Below, piece after piece: positions 31,911 through 41,519 of a stretch of DNA of 64,000 nucleotides (the stretch's first letter is position 1; each line of letters opens with the position of its first letter). Under the pieces are notes generated by a model. That model saw nothing but the letters and a program-made list of their open reading frames with translations, did no database searches and was not told the DNA's origin. Position numbers and translations under genes: made by a program. Source of the stretch: an uncultured Alphaproteobacteria bacterium (GTDB taxonomy: Bacteria; Pseudomonadota; Alphaproteobacteria; Rhizobiales; Xanthobacteraceae); assembly GCA_963764705.1 (NCBI GenBank), contig CAVXTR010000004.1, positions 263,752 to 327,751 of the forward strand, written 5' to 3'.

Positions 31911-32834
31911 CTACCAACTGCGCTTGAAACCGGCCGAGAGGCTCTTGCTGGCGGCGCCGGTGGGGGTCTCGCCGATCGAACCGGAGATGGTGACGCCGTC
32001 GAACAGCTTCTGCTCGGCGCCGACCTTGCGTAGCCATTTATCGTCATTGGTCGAGAGCGTCTGTCCCGCCGTGAAACTGGTGCCGGTGTCGGTAATGCTC
32101 AGTTTTGCCGACTGGTCGGTCTCGTAGGAGCGCGCCGGACGGCTGATGATCCCCGGAACCGGCCCGATGCCCTGCTGGATCAGGTTGTAGTCGTTCTTCA
32201 GGGTCAGCGAATAATCGTCGCTCAGTGACAGCGACTTGCTCAGGGAGGTTCCGAGCTTGGTCTGTTCCTGTCCGGGGTCGACGCGGGCTTCGACCGCGGT
32301 CTTGTCCCAGATCGAGGCCACGCCGGGGGCGGTGATCGCCGCCCAGGCGGTGCCGGAGGATTGTGGCAGGCTGCCGCCATTCGAGAGCTTCGCGGAGAGT
32401 TCCTCCGACGTCGTCAGCGTGCCCTGGCGGGCGACCGTCATGTCGGCGCCGATGCGGGTATCCCAGAACGGGGTCAGCGATTGTTTGACCGAGACGGCGG
32501 AAGCGCCATTCGGCTTGGCGTTGTTCGACCAGGTGGCGTCCGCACTGGCGCCCTTCGGCGCGGCGCGGCCCTTCGCGGCCGGACCGGTCAAGGTCGAGGC
32601 ATCGACGTTGAGCTGACTCCAGTCGAGCTTGCTGACGTCGATGTCCTTCATGATGTCGGGATCGTTGACGTCCGGCGCCACTGCGACGTCAGGGGCTGCC
32701 GCGGCTTCTTCCGCGGCGGGCTCTTCCTCGTCGGCGGGCGGCGTCTGCGCCGCAGCGGCCAGCATCGAGAGCAGGCTGAAACCGGCCACCAGCGTCAGCA
32801 GCCTCGTCCGGCGATATCGTGTCGTGGGAATCAT
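31911..32834 (-). CDS. Exported hypothetical protein, possible outer-membrane beta-barrel
   Basis: Signal-like N-terminus, alternating beta pattern, terminal aromatic (SAGFKRSW); start approximate. Confidence 0.65.
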   Translation of the reverse strand: MIPTTRYRRTRLLTLVAGFSLLSMLAAAAQTPPADEEEPAAEEAAAAPDVAVAPDVNDPDIMKDIDVSKLDWSQLNVDASTLTGPAAKGRAAPKGASADATWSNNAKPNGASAVSVKQSLTPFWDTRIGADMTVARQGTLTTSEELSAKLSNGGSLPQSSGTAWAAITAPGVASIWDKTAVEARVDPGQEQTKLGTSLSKSLSLSDDYSLTLKNDYNLIQQGIGPVPGIISRPARSYETDQSAKLSITDTGTSFTAGQTLSTNDDKWLRKVGAEQKLFDGVTISGSIGETPTGAASKSLSAGFKRSW

Positions 32835-32925
32835 GCCCGCCCGCATTCCAAAGTGCTGTCCAGAATGCGTTCGTTCTGGTGCAAAATTATGGCGGCAAGC
32901 ATCACGAGCATGCATCAAATTCATC

Positions 32926-33066
32926 CGTCATGGCCGGGCATAGCGTCGCAGACTGCGTGAACTTGTCTGCGGCCCGGCCATCCACGTCTTTCTTGGGGCT
33001 GGCGAAGAAAGGACGTGGATGCCCGGACATCCAGCGCGAAGACGCGCGTCCGCCCGGGCATGACGA
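32926..33066. repeat. CGTC-tagged palindromic repeat with nested inserts
   Basis: cgtcatggccgggc…cccggccatccacgtc / gacgtggatgcccgg…gcccgggcatgacg. Confidence 0.75.
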
Positions 33067-33093
33067 AACCGTGAAATCGATGACAGGAAGCGG

Positions 33094-33528
33094 TTAGACC
33101 GCCATGCGCGGCAGGTGGATCGGATAGCCCACGGTCTGTTCGACCAGGTCGAACGTATCGACCAGCACCCGGAAGTTGGTCAGCCGGCCGCCCCGGAACT
33201 GCGCGAAATGCGCGATCCGCAGGCTGATCGGCTTGTTGGAATCCAGCGCCGTCAGCGAATAGCGCATCATCGAGGAGGCGGAATCCACCCCGAGCATGAT
33301 CGACTCGCGGTCGAAGCGATGGACACGCACGTTGTCGGCGATCTGCCTGATCACCTCGATCACGGCCGCCTTGCCGCGGCGCGACCCGAAAAACGGAAAC
33401 ATGTCGATCGGGCCATAGATGGCCCAATCGACGTCGTCGTCGAGCAGGGCTTCAAGGTCGGCAGGCTGGCGTTCATTGATCGCACGATGCAACGCGCGCG
33501 AAAAACGCCAGAGACTATGCTCTGTCAT
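33094..33528 (-). CDS. NTF2/SnoaL-like family protein
   Basis: LLDDDVDW, PFFGSRRGKAAV, DTFDLVEQ. Confidence 0.8.
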   Translation of the reverse strand: MTEHSLWRFSRALHRAINERQPADLEALLDDDVDWAIYGPIDMFPFFGSRRGKAAVIEVIRQIADNVRVHRFDRESIMLGVDSASSMMRYSLTALDSNKPISLRIAHFAQFRGGRLTNFRVLVDTFDLVEQTVGYPIHLPRMAV

Positions 33529-33729
33529 TTTGATTTGGTCCCTGAACTGGATTCTAGAACTGCGAACGCGCCCAAATAAGCGTCTTCATCGACGCCGGGC
33601 GGGTAGGCTTCAATTCGTTAGTGTACTAACGATAGGCGTTTTTTGCCGAAATACAACTGACGTTTTTGCATTGCACAAATGCAATGGTTCCAGTCATTTA
33701 CCCGTGATCCGCGGCCGTTAAGTGCTTGT

Positions 33730-33996
33730 TCAGCGGTCCCGCCGGCCCGCCGGCTCGCGTTCGATGGCGATTTCGGCGTCGCGAATCGCGATCACGCCGA
33801 ACAGCAAAGCGCCCCCGATTCCGCCGATCGCAGCCCCCAGCGGCATGAAGGTGAAGAACACCAGCATCCCGCTATAGCCTTCAAAACTCGTGGTTTTAAA
33901 GATTTCCACCCAGGCGAGCCCGGCGCCGATACCGAGCGCCGCACCCCCCAAAGCCCCCAACGCCAAACCCAGCAGAGCCAGCAACGCGATCTTCAT
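33730..33996 (-). CDS. Small Gly-rich two-TM protein
   Basis: MKIALLALLGLALGALGG…SFEGYSGMLVFF; SD-like gaagaa. Confidence 0.65.
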   Translation of the reverse strand: MKIALLALLGLALGALGGAALGIGAGLAWVEIFKTTSFEGYSGMLVFFTFMPLGAAIGGIGGALLFGVIAIRDAEIAIEREPAGRRDR

Positions 33997-34157
33997 GTGT
34001 TCTTCTTGTCCGGAAACAGCCTTGTGGTGTGTCACGGCCGGGGCTGTGAGGTTCAACGCGGCGGGGAGGAAAGGTTTGTGGGGCGGCTGTCGCCACGCCT
34101 TCCCCGTCATTCCGGGGCGATGCGAAGCATCGAGCCCGGAATTCCTGACGTGAGCCG

Positions 34158-34604
34158 CTAAATCGTTTCCGGCTTGCCGGTCAGAATCCGGCTGACGTCG
34201 CGCTCCAGCACCTGCTCGACCAGATCAAGGGTATCAATGATTTCCCGGATCTCGGCGACGAGCCCGTCGCGCAGCGTGAAAAACGAGGCGATGTCGAACT
34301 GGACCATCCGCCCGTTGCTGCGCTTGCGGAAGAACACCCGAATATGCGCGGCCACCTTGTCACCCTCGGCGACCAGGATCGGCACCTCGTAGCGCATGTC
34401 GGAATAGCGGCCGTGAATGGCGGTCCACATCGCGCGCATCGCGGCCTTGCCCTGTCGGTGGCCCATATGCGGCAGCAGGTCGACCGGGGCGTTGGCGGTG
34501 AACGCGATATCGTCGGTGCAGCGCGCCAGCGCGGCTTCAATATCGCCGGAATAGAACACGTCGAGATGATTCAGCACGCGCTGACGGTTGATCTCCGCGG
34601 TCAT
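34158..34604 (-). CDS. NTF2/SnoaL-like family protein
   Basis: CTDDIAF, PHMGHRQGKAA, VAEGDKVA, DTLDLVEQ. Confidence 0.8.
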   Translation of the reverse strand: MTAEINRQRVLNHLDVFYSGDIEAALARCTDDIAFTANAPVDLLPHMGHRQGKAAMRAMWTAIHGRYSDMRYEVPILVAEGDKVAAHIRVFFRKRSNGRMVQFDIASFFTLRDGLVAEIREIIDTLDLVEQVLERDVSRILTGKPETI

Positions 34605-34760
34605 CCGCACTTTCTCCACCCGGTTGGGTCCGGCTCTTGCGGCCGGTTTGGCGAGCAATAGCACGGGATAATCTTCGGAAGCGTAATCGACACGCCGGCG
34701 GCGCCGGCGCAAAACGGTTAACGGCTGTTAGGTGTACTTTTTCGATAATGCATCGGTCGC

Positions 34761-35262
34761 TCAAACCTTGTCGGCGCGCGCGCCGGAAGACGACGGCGGC
34801 AATTCCGGCGGGCGCAGCGCCGGTCCGGCCTCGCGCAGCAGCGGCCCGACCAGATCGCGGCCGGTCAACTGCGCGATCATGTCGATGGTGTCGAAGAAGC
34901 TGCGCAGTTCGGTGATAAGGCCGCGGCGCAAGGTGAGGAAGAGGCCGCTCGGCATCGTCAGCACACGTCCGTCGGTCCGTTTGGTGAAGGCGACGTCGAT
35001 GATCCCGGCGGCGCGCGCTTCGTCCACCACCAGAAACTTGACCTCGAAACGCCGGCTGGAGTAGCGGGCGTCGTGGACGTCCATCAACTCCGAGATCGCC
35101 GCCTTGCCGCGCCGCGGCCCGAGATGCGGAAACAGTTCGACCGGCAGGTAGACCATCGAACTCGATGTCGTCGTCGCAGCATTTCAGCGCGGCTTCGGCA
35201 TCGCCGCCGTAGAACGCTTCGAGAAAATTCATCACGCGCCGGCGATGCAGCTCCGCAGTCAT
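34761..35262 (-). CDS. NTF2/SnoaL-like family protein (apparent frameshift near 35159)
   Basis: MTAELHRRRVMNFLEAFYGGD in one frame; PHLGPRRGKAAI…DTIDMIAQ in the next. Confidence 0.75.
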
Positions 35263-35579
35263 CCTGGTCTCCGCGGGCGCGGAGGCGCACCCGACTCACA
35301 TGTCGCCTTTATTGTGGGCGGAATGATGGGAGGATCAATTCGCAGAACTACCGAGGAAGGCGTGAGATCGATCACACAGCTAAATAGCCATGGTTCGCAA
35401 TCATGCCCGCATGAGTGGCAGGCGCGGTAACCGCGACCGGGCCGGTTTATTCCGCGCCGCCAGCCCGGCATATCTTTGCCGGATGCCCTTGCCCGCGTTT
35501 CCGAGGCCCGTATTCTCCGCGCCCAAGGGCAGCCGCTGAAGCTGCCTCTCGATTGAAAACAGGAATTGGGGAGAACATC

Positions 35580-36686
35580 ATGAAGCGCATCGCGTGTCTC
35601 GTTGCGGCCGGCCTGTCGCTGGTGCTGCCCGCCGCGGCGCATACGCCGCAACAGCCGCCGCATCAGTCCTACAGCGAAGGCGACCTCAAGCTCGAGAGCG
35701 GCGAGGCGATCAAGGATTTTTCGATCTCCTACGTCACCCACGGCACGCTGAACGCGAAGAAATCCAACGCCATTTTGATGGTGACAGCGATCTCCGGCAA
35801 TCACCACCGGCTCGACTTCATGATCGGCCCCGGCAAGGCGCTCGATCCCGACAAGTATTTCATCATCTGCACCGATGCGATCGCCAACGGCCTGACGACG
35901 TCGCCGAGCAATTCGAAGGCGCAGCCGCGCATGGCGTTTCCGAAATTCACCATCCGCGACATGGTGGAATCGCAATACCGGCTGTTGAAGGAGAAGCTCG
36001 GCATCGACCACGTCGTCGCCGTGATCGGGCCGTCGATGGGCGGCATGCAGGTGTTGCAATGGGGCGTCAGCCATCCCGACATGATGGACGCGCTGGTGGC
36101 GATGGTGCCGCTGGCGAAGACGCCGGCCTGGAACGTCGCGGTGCTGGAAGCCTCGCGCAAGGCGATCATGAACGACGCGGCCTGGAAGGACGGCAACTAC
36201 GACGCGCCGCCGGAGAAGGGTATCCGTCTGTGGCGCGACATCCTCACGCTGCTCGCCGCGCGTACGCCGGACATGTATTCGGCGCAGTTCAAGAACGGCA
36301 TGGACGTGCTGCCCTGGATGGAGGCGCAGGAGACCGCGCTGATGAAGGCGTTCGACGCCAACGACTGGATCTACCAGACCTGGGCCTATGAGCGGCACGA
36401 CGTCGGCACGTCGGCCGGCTTCAATGGCGACACCGCCAGGGCGCTGGCCTCGATCAAGGCCAGGACGCTGATCCTCACCGGCACCAAGGACCTGCTCAAT
36501 CCGGAATTCGAGCCGATCGAAGCCGGCAAGGCCATTCCCGGCGTCAAGATGATGACGATCAGCCCGGGCAGCGTTACCGGCCACGCCTCCGCCGGCGGCG
36601 GCATCCCGGCCGACGTGGAATTCTTGAACCGCGAGACCGGGGCGTTTCTCGATGGCGTGACAGACGGCGGGAAGAAGATGAACTAG
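35580..36686 (+). CDS. Exported alpha/beta hydrolase, MetX (homoserine O-acetyltransferase)-like
   Basis: Signal peptide; YVTHGTLN, DPDKYFII, FTIRDMV, GPSMGG, DANDWI, TGH. Confidence 0.8.
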   Translation: MKRIACLVAAGLSLVLPAAAHTPQQPPHQSYSEGDLKLESGEAIKDFSISYVTHGTLNAKKSNAILMVTAISGNHHRLDFMIGPGKALDPDKYFIICTDAIANGLTTSPSNSKAQPRMAFPKFTIRDMVESQYRLLKEKLGIDHVVAVIGPSMGGMQVLQWGVSHPDMMDALVAMVPLAKTPAWNVAVLEASRKAIMNDAAWKDGNYDAPPEKGIRLWRDILTLLAARTPDMYSAQFKNGMDVLPWMEAQETALMKAFDANDWIYQTWAYERHDVGTSAGFNGDTARALASIKARTLILTGTKDLLNPEFEPIEAGKAIPGVKMMTISPGSVTGHASAGGGIPADVEFLNRETGAFLDGVTDGGKKMN

Positions 36687-36710
36687 CGACAATCGGCCGA
36701 GGCGGGAAGC

Positions 36711-36811
36711 TGTCGTCACCCGCGAAGGCGGGTGACCCAGTATTCCAGAGGCGGCGGTGACGAACCGAGAAGCCGCGGCGTACTGGGTCCCCCGCATTCG
36801 CGGGGGACGAC
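36711..36811. repeat. CGTC-tagged palindromic repeat
   Basis: cgtcacccgcgaaggcgggtgacccagta…tactgggtcccccgcattcgcgggggacgac; relative at 52600-52716. Confidence 0.75.
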
Positions 36812-36882
36812 AAGGGCGGCGCGGGAACTTCATTCTCCAATCGCCGTTATCGATGCGAAGCCCATCCCGGAGACACCGCATC

Positions 36883-37128
36883 ATGAAAACCCCCGCCACC
36901 ATTTTCGCCGTCGCCGCACTCGCCCTCGTGGCCGCCGCGCCGGCTCATGCCAAGGGTTGCCTGAAGGGCGCCGTGGTCGGCGGCGTCGCCGGTCACTATG
37001 CCGGCCATCACGGCGTGCTCGGCGCCGTCGCCGGCTGCGCCTACGGCCGCCACCGCGCCAACGAACAGGACCGCCAGCGGGACCAGCAGCGCCAGACCCA
37101 GGCGCCGGCCGGGCAGGAGAAGCTGTAG
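36883..37128 (+). CDS. Small exported glycine-zipper protein
   Basis: Signal peptide, KGCLKGAVVGGVAGHYAGHHGVLGAVAGC. Confidence 0.75.
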   Translation: MKTPATIFAVAALALVAAAPAHAKGCLKGAVVGGVAGHYAGHHGVLGAVAGCAYGRHRANEQDRQRDQQRQTQAPAGQEKL

Positions 37129-37142
37129 GTTGCTCTCTCCTC

Positions 37143-37288
37143 CGTCGTTGCGAGCGAAGCGAAGCAATCCATAGCGCGGCATAGCCGATAGCTGGATTGC
37201 TTCCGCCTTCGCTCTCTGAGCTGCGGCGGACAGGTCGTCGCTCTCGCTTCCTTGCGCAGACGCTTCGCGTTTGTCGCAGGCAATGACG
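37143..37288. repeat. CGTC-tagged palindromic repeat with nested inserts
   Basis: cgtcgttgcgagcgaagcgaagcaatcca…tggattgcttc…gcaatgacg. Confidence 0.75.
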
Positions 37289-37348
37289 GGAGCGGAACCA
37301 GCCGCCCGCTATCCGCGTTGTCCTTCTCCGCCAACAACGGAGAACCGC

Positions 37349-37528
37349 ATGACCAAAACCATCACGCCCGTTCCCGGCGACAACCAGAGCCACAAGGGCC
37401 CCGGCAGCGCGCCGTCCATTCCCCTCGACACCACCAAGGGCCATCGCGACGACGAGAAGCACAACATCCGCGAACAGGCAGCCCACGGGAATATGGTGCA
37501 GAACACGAGCCATCGCCGGTCGGGGTGA
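37349..37528 (+). CDS. Small hydrophilic hypothetical protein
   Basis: 59 aa, SD ggag upstream. Confidence 0.5.
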   Translation: MTKTITPVPGDNQSHKGPGSAPSIPLDTTKGHRDDEKHNIREQAAHGNMVQNTSHRRSG

Positions 37529-37561
37529 GGGCGCCATCCACCAACAACGCGCGTTGACGCC

Positions 37562-37948
37562 GTGAACGCCGTGTCACCCCGAAAATCCAGCGCGCCGAGC
37601 CGGCTCGAAGGCATAGTATTGACCGCCGTGTTCCAGGCTTTCCCGACTTTCACCGCCGCTGCTCTACTGGTGAAACTGTTCGGTGCGAGTGATCTCACCA
37701 GCCGTCCCGGCAGCGCCATTCTCTTCATCGCGCTGGCGATGCTGTTCCACAGCCTTACGGTCACCTGGGTAGGCCCGCGCTTTCCGCGTTTCTTCCAGAA
37801 CCTCTACGAACCGCTGTTCTACGACGCCACGCTATCCCTGAGCGAAAAGATAGCGCGCTGGCGCGTGCAGCCGGTGGCCTCGCGGCAACTGCTGACGACG
37901 GTGATGATGTTGTCGCTGCTGGCGGTGGCGGTGGTGAGCGTGGGGTGA
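37562..37948 (+). CDS. Three-TM hypothetical membrane protein
   Basis: 128 aa with three hydrophobic segments. Confidence 0.6.
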   Translation: MNAVSPRKSSAPSRLEGIVLTAVFQAFPTFTAAALLVKLFGASDLTSRPGSAILFIALAMLFHSLTVTWVGPRFPRFFQNLYEPLFYDATLSLSEKIARWRVQPVASRQLLTTVMMLSLLAVAVVSVG

Positions 37949-38072
37949 GCTTGCATTGCAACAGATGTCGCATTTTTCCCCACATCAGCGGTGGTAAAGT
38001 TGAAATACGCATGCATCTTTGCTAGCAGAGCCGCGCGGCGGTAGGCCGTATCCCGAACCGATGGAGGCTGTC

Positions 38073-38314
38073 GTGCGCAAGTATCGCGATCTCGAAAACC
38101 TCCCCAGCTTTCAGCATCACACGTAAGCGGCGGAAGTCGTTCCCTTCAGAAACGCATGTGAAGCGTGGGCGTCGCGTCGTCCATGGCGATGTCGAGCTGA
38201 TCGAAAAGCTCGGCCGCAACGACCTATGTCCTTGCGATTCCGGGCGCAGGTTTCAAAACCTGCTGCATGAAATCCGGTTCTTATGACGGATCGAACCGGG
38301 ACGACTACTTTTAG
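38073..38314 (+). CDS. SEC-C motif zinc-binding small protein spread over three frames (two +1 shifts at TTT-C)
   Basis: SD GGAGG 38063-38067, GTG 38073; [16 protein letters not shown] then (+1) KTCC completes the SEC-C motif. Confidence 0.7.
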
Positions 38315-38346
38315 AGAGTAGGCCCGGGCGGTTTTGCTTTGTCGAA

Positions 38347-38382
38347 GAGGCATCTCTTTCAGTGCGCAGAAAGAGATGCCTC
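38347..38382. terminator. Hairpin between the convergent SEC-C gene and uvrB
   Basis: Perfect 14-bp stem gaggcatctctttc / gaaagagatgcctc. Confidence 0.7.
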
Positions 38383-38388
38383 GTTTGG

Positions 38389-41310
38389 CTACCGCTTTTT
38401 CCACCCACCCCGATGCCCGGGCGCGCCGCCGCTTGAGCGCGGGCTCGGGCTCGGGCTCGGGCCAAACTCGGGGCCGGACTGGCGCGAGTCGGTCGGCTGA
38501 ATGACCTTGCTGGTGCTGCCGAACGGCTTTTTTGGCAGCGCGGCTTCGGGGCGGAAGGGGAGGGATTCCGGGCCGTGCATTTCATCGAGATGGGGTTTGT
38601 GGACTCTGGAGGTGCTGCTGGCACCGCCCTTGAAGGAAGAGGCACCGCCGCCTTTCTTCTTCATCGCGCTCGCCGGCAAATTCGCCGCATCGCCGTATTT
38701 CTTCGTGCCGGCGTAGGCGCCGGCCTTCGCGGCGACGCCGCGTTGCTTGATGGTGGGGTCGTCGACCACGGCGAGCTCGGTGGCGCGGAGGCGTTTGACT
38801 TCGTCACGCAGTCTTGCTGCCTCTTCGAAGTTCAGGTCGGCGGCGGCTTCGCGCATCCGGAGTTCGAGGTCGCCCAGCACCGCCTCGAAATTGTGGCCGA
38901 TGGAGATGACATCGTCGGCCATGCCGCCGTCGCCGATCTCGACCAGCACGTGGTCGCGTTCGTAGACCGAGTTCATGATGTCGCCGATGGACTTCTTGAT
39001 GCTCTCCGGCGTGATGTTGTGCAGCGTATTGTATTCGACCTGCTTTTCACGGCGACGATCGGTTTCGGCGATGGCGCGCTCCATCGAGCCGGTCATCTGG
39101 TCGGCATAGAGGATCACCTTGCCGTCGACGTTGCGCGCGGCGCGGCCGATGGTCTGGATCAGCGAGGTCTCGCTGCGCAAAAAACCTTCCTTGTCGGCGT
39201 CGAGGATCGCGACCAGCGCGCATTCGGGAATGTCGAGGCCTTCGCGCAGCAGGTTGATGCCGACCAGCGCATCGAAGGCGCCGAGGCGGAGGTCGCGGAT
39301 GATCTCGATGCGCTCGATGGTGTCGATGTCGCTGTGCATGTAGCGCACGCGAATGCCCTGCTCATGCAAATATTCGGTGAGGTCTTCCGCCATCCGCTTG
39401 GTCAGCACCGTGACCAGCGAGCGGTAGCCGGCTTGCGCGGTGGCGCGGACCTCGCCGACGAGATCGTCGACCTGGGTGCGCGCGGGGCGGATGTTGACCG
39501 GCGGATCGATCAGCCCGGTCGGGCGGATCACCTGCTCGACGAACACGCCTCCGCTTTCATTCAGCTCCCAGCCGCTCGGTGTGGCGGACACTGCGACCGA
39601 TTGCGGGCGCATCATGTCCCACTCCTCGAAGCGCAGCGGACGGTTGTCCATACAGGAGGGCAGGCGGAAACCGTATTCCGCCAAGGTCGCCTTGCGCCGA
39701 AAATCGCCTTTGAACATGCCGCCGATCTGCGGCACCGTGACGTGGCTTTCGTCGGCGAACACCAGCGCGTTGTCGGGCACATATTCGAACAGCGTCGGCG
39801 GTGGCTCGCCGGGGCGGCGTCCCGTGAGGTAGCGCGAATAGTTTTCGATGCCGGCGCAGCTTCCCGTCGCTTCCATCATTTCGAGATCGAAGGTGGTGCG
39901 CTGCTCCAGCCGCTGCGCTTCCAAGAGGCGGCCGTGGTTGTTGAGTTCGTCGAGCCGCAGCTTCAGTTCTGATTTGATCGACTTGATCGCCTGCACCAGC
40001 GTCGGGCGCGGCGTCACATAGTGCGAGTTGGCGTAGATCTTGATGAATTCGAGATCGTCCTGGCGGTGGCCGGTGAGCGGATCGAACTCCTCGATATTCT
40101 CGACGGTGTCGCCGAACAGGTTGACGCGCCAGGCGCGGTCTTCGTAGTGCGCCGGAAAAATGTCGATGACGTCGCCGCGGACGCGAAAGGTGCCGCGGGT
40201 AAAATCGGCCTGGGTACGCTTGTATTGCAGCGCGACGAGGTCGGCGATCAGTTGGCGCTGGTCGATGCGCTCGCCCTTCTTCAAGGCGAACGTCATCGCG
40301 GTATAGGTTTCGACCGAGCCGATACCGTAGATGCACGACACCGAGGCGACGATGATGACGTCGTCGCGCTCCAGCAGCGCCCGCGTCGCCGAGTGGCGCA
40401 TGCGGTCGATCTGCTCGTTGATCGACGAGTCCTTCTCGATATAGGTGTCGGTCCGCGGCACATAGGCCTCGGGCTGGTAGTAGTCGTAATAGGAGACGAA
40501 ATACTCCACCGCGTTGTCGGGGAAGAAACTCTTGAACTCGCCATAGAGCTGCGCCGCCAGCGTCTTGTTCGGCGCGAGAATGATGGCCGGGCGCTGCGTC
40601 GCCTCGATCACCTTGGCCATGGTGTAGGTCTTGCCGGAACCGGTGACGCCGAGCAGCACCTGGGTGCGGTCGTTGCGCTGGATGCCTTCGACCAGTTCCT
40701 TGATCGCGGTCGGCTGGTCGCCCTTCGGCTCGTATTCGGATTTGATTACGAAGGGAACGCCGCCTTCGGATTTCTCCGGGCGCGGCGGCCGGTGCGGCGT
40801 CCAGATCCGGACCTGGCCGTCGTCGCCCTTGAATTCGGGACGGCCGTCGCGGATCAGGTTTTCCAGCGCGTCGGCGGTGGCCTTGACGCCGAACGCTTCC
40901 ATCTTGCTGCGCGGCGGCCGCGCCAGCGCCTCGTCATCGTCTTCCGCGGTCGGCAGGCCGAGTTGCCGCGCCAGTTCGGGGTCGAGGGTGGGGATGGTCG
41001 CGGCGGTGCCGTAATTGGCTTGCGGTGCTTCGTCAAAACCTTGGGCGTCGCGCCTGGCGACATCTTCACCGGTGCTGCGCGTAGAAGCCCGCGCCCGGTG
41101 CGCGGCGGCTTCGCCACCGGCGCGGCGGTCCCAGGAATTGTCAGGAGGTGGCTGCAGCCCGGTGCCCGAGCCCATGCCGGCATCGCCGCGGTTGATCGCG
41201 GGATTGAGCAATTCGGCCAGCGCCGGCCCGATCGGCTGCACGTCGGGGCGATGTGCTTTGGATTTCGGGGTTTTGCCGGGCTTTTTGGGAGTGTCGGGAT
41301 TCTTCGCCAT
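38389..41310 (-). CDS. uvrB: Excinuclease ABC subunit B
   Basis: [22 protein letters not shown] beta-hairpin, [13 protein letters not shown]-terminal UVR domain. Confidence 0.97.
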   Translation of the reverse strand: MAKNPDTPKKPGKTPKSKAHRPDVQPIGPALAELLNPAINRGDAGMGSGTGLQPPPDNSWDRRAGGEAAAHRARASTRSTGEDVARRDAQGFDEAPQANYGTAATIPTLDPELARQLGLPTAEDDDEALARPPRSKMEAFGVKATADALENLIRDGRPEFKGDDGQVRIWTPHRPPRPEKSEGGVPFVIKSEYEPKGDQPTAIKELVEGIQRNDRTQVLLGVTGSGKTYTMAKVIEATQRPAIILAPNKTLAAQLYGEFKSFFPDNAVEYFVSYYDYYQPEAYVPRTDTYIEKDSSINEQIDRMRHSATRALLERDDVIIVASVSCIYGIGSVETYTAMTFALKKGERIDQRQLIADLVALQYKRTQADFTRGTFRVRGDVIDIFPAHYEDRAWRVNLFGDTVENIEEFDPLTGHRQDDLEFIKIYANSHYVTPRPTLVQAIKSIKSELKLRLDELNNHGRLLEAQRLEQRTTFDLEMMEATGSCAGIENYSRYLTGRRPGEPPPTLFEYVPDNALVFADESHVTVPQIGGMFKGDFRRKATLAEYGFRLPSCMDNRPLRFEEWDMMRPQSVAVSATPSGWELNESGGVFVEQVIRPTGLIDPPVNIRPARTQVDDLVGEVRATAQAGYRSLVTVLTKRMAEDLTEYLHEQGIRVRYMHSDIDTIERIEIIRDLRLGAFDALVGINLLREGLDIPECALVAILDADKEGFLRSETSLIQTIGRAARNVDGKVILYADQMTGSMERAIAETDRRREKQVEYNTLHNITPESIKKSIGDIMNSVYERDHVLVEIGDGGMADDVISIGHNFEAVLGDLELRMREAAADLNFEEAARLRDEVKRLRATELAVVDDPTIKQRGVAAKAGAYAGTKKYGDAANLPASAMKKKGGGASSFKGGASSTSRVHKPHLDEMHGPESLPFRPEAALPKKPFGSTSKVIQPTDSRQSGPEFGPSPSPSPRSSGGAPGHRGGWKKR

Positions 41311-41519
41311 GGCTGGAATATGGGGCGAGTCAGGGGCTGAGAAAAGGGCAAAGGGCTGGGGGAAACGGGCGCTGCTGATGTGTTTTGGTTGTCAGCAGAT
41401 GTCAGTACGCCGAGAGAAGGAACTCGTTAGGCATTGCAGCCCATCGACCCATTGATAACCTCTCGCCGATTTCGTCCTTTGCGCCGCCCATCGCCTCACA
41501 AGCTGGAAAGGAACGCCGG

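Noticed and set aside
41311-41519. LexA box upstream of uvrB
   Set aside because: No GTTC-N7-GTTC or GAAC-N7-GAAC match found by eye.
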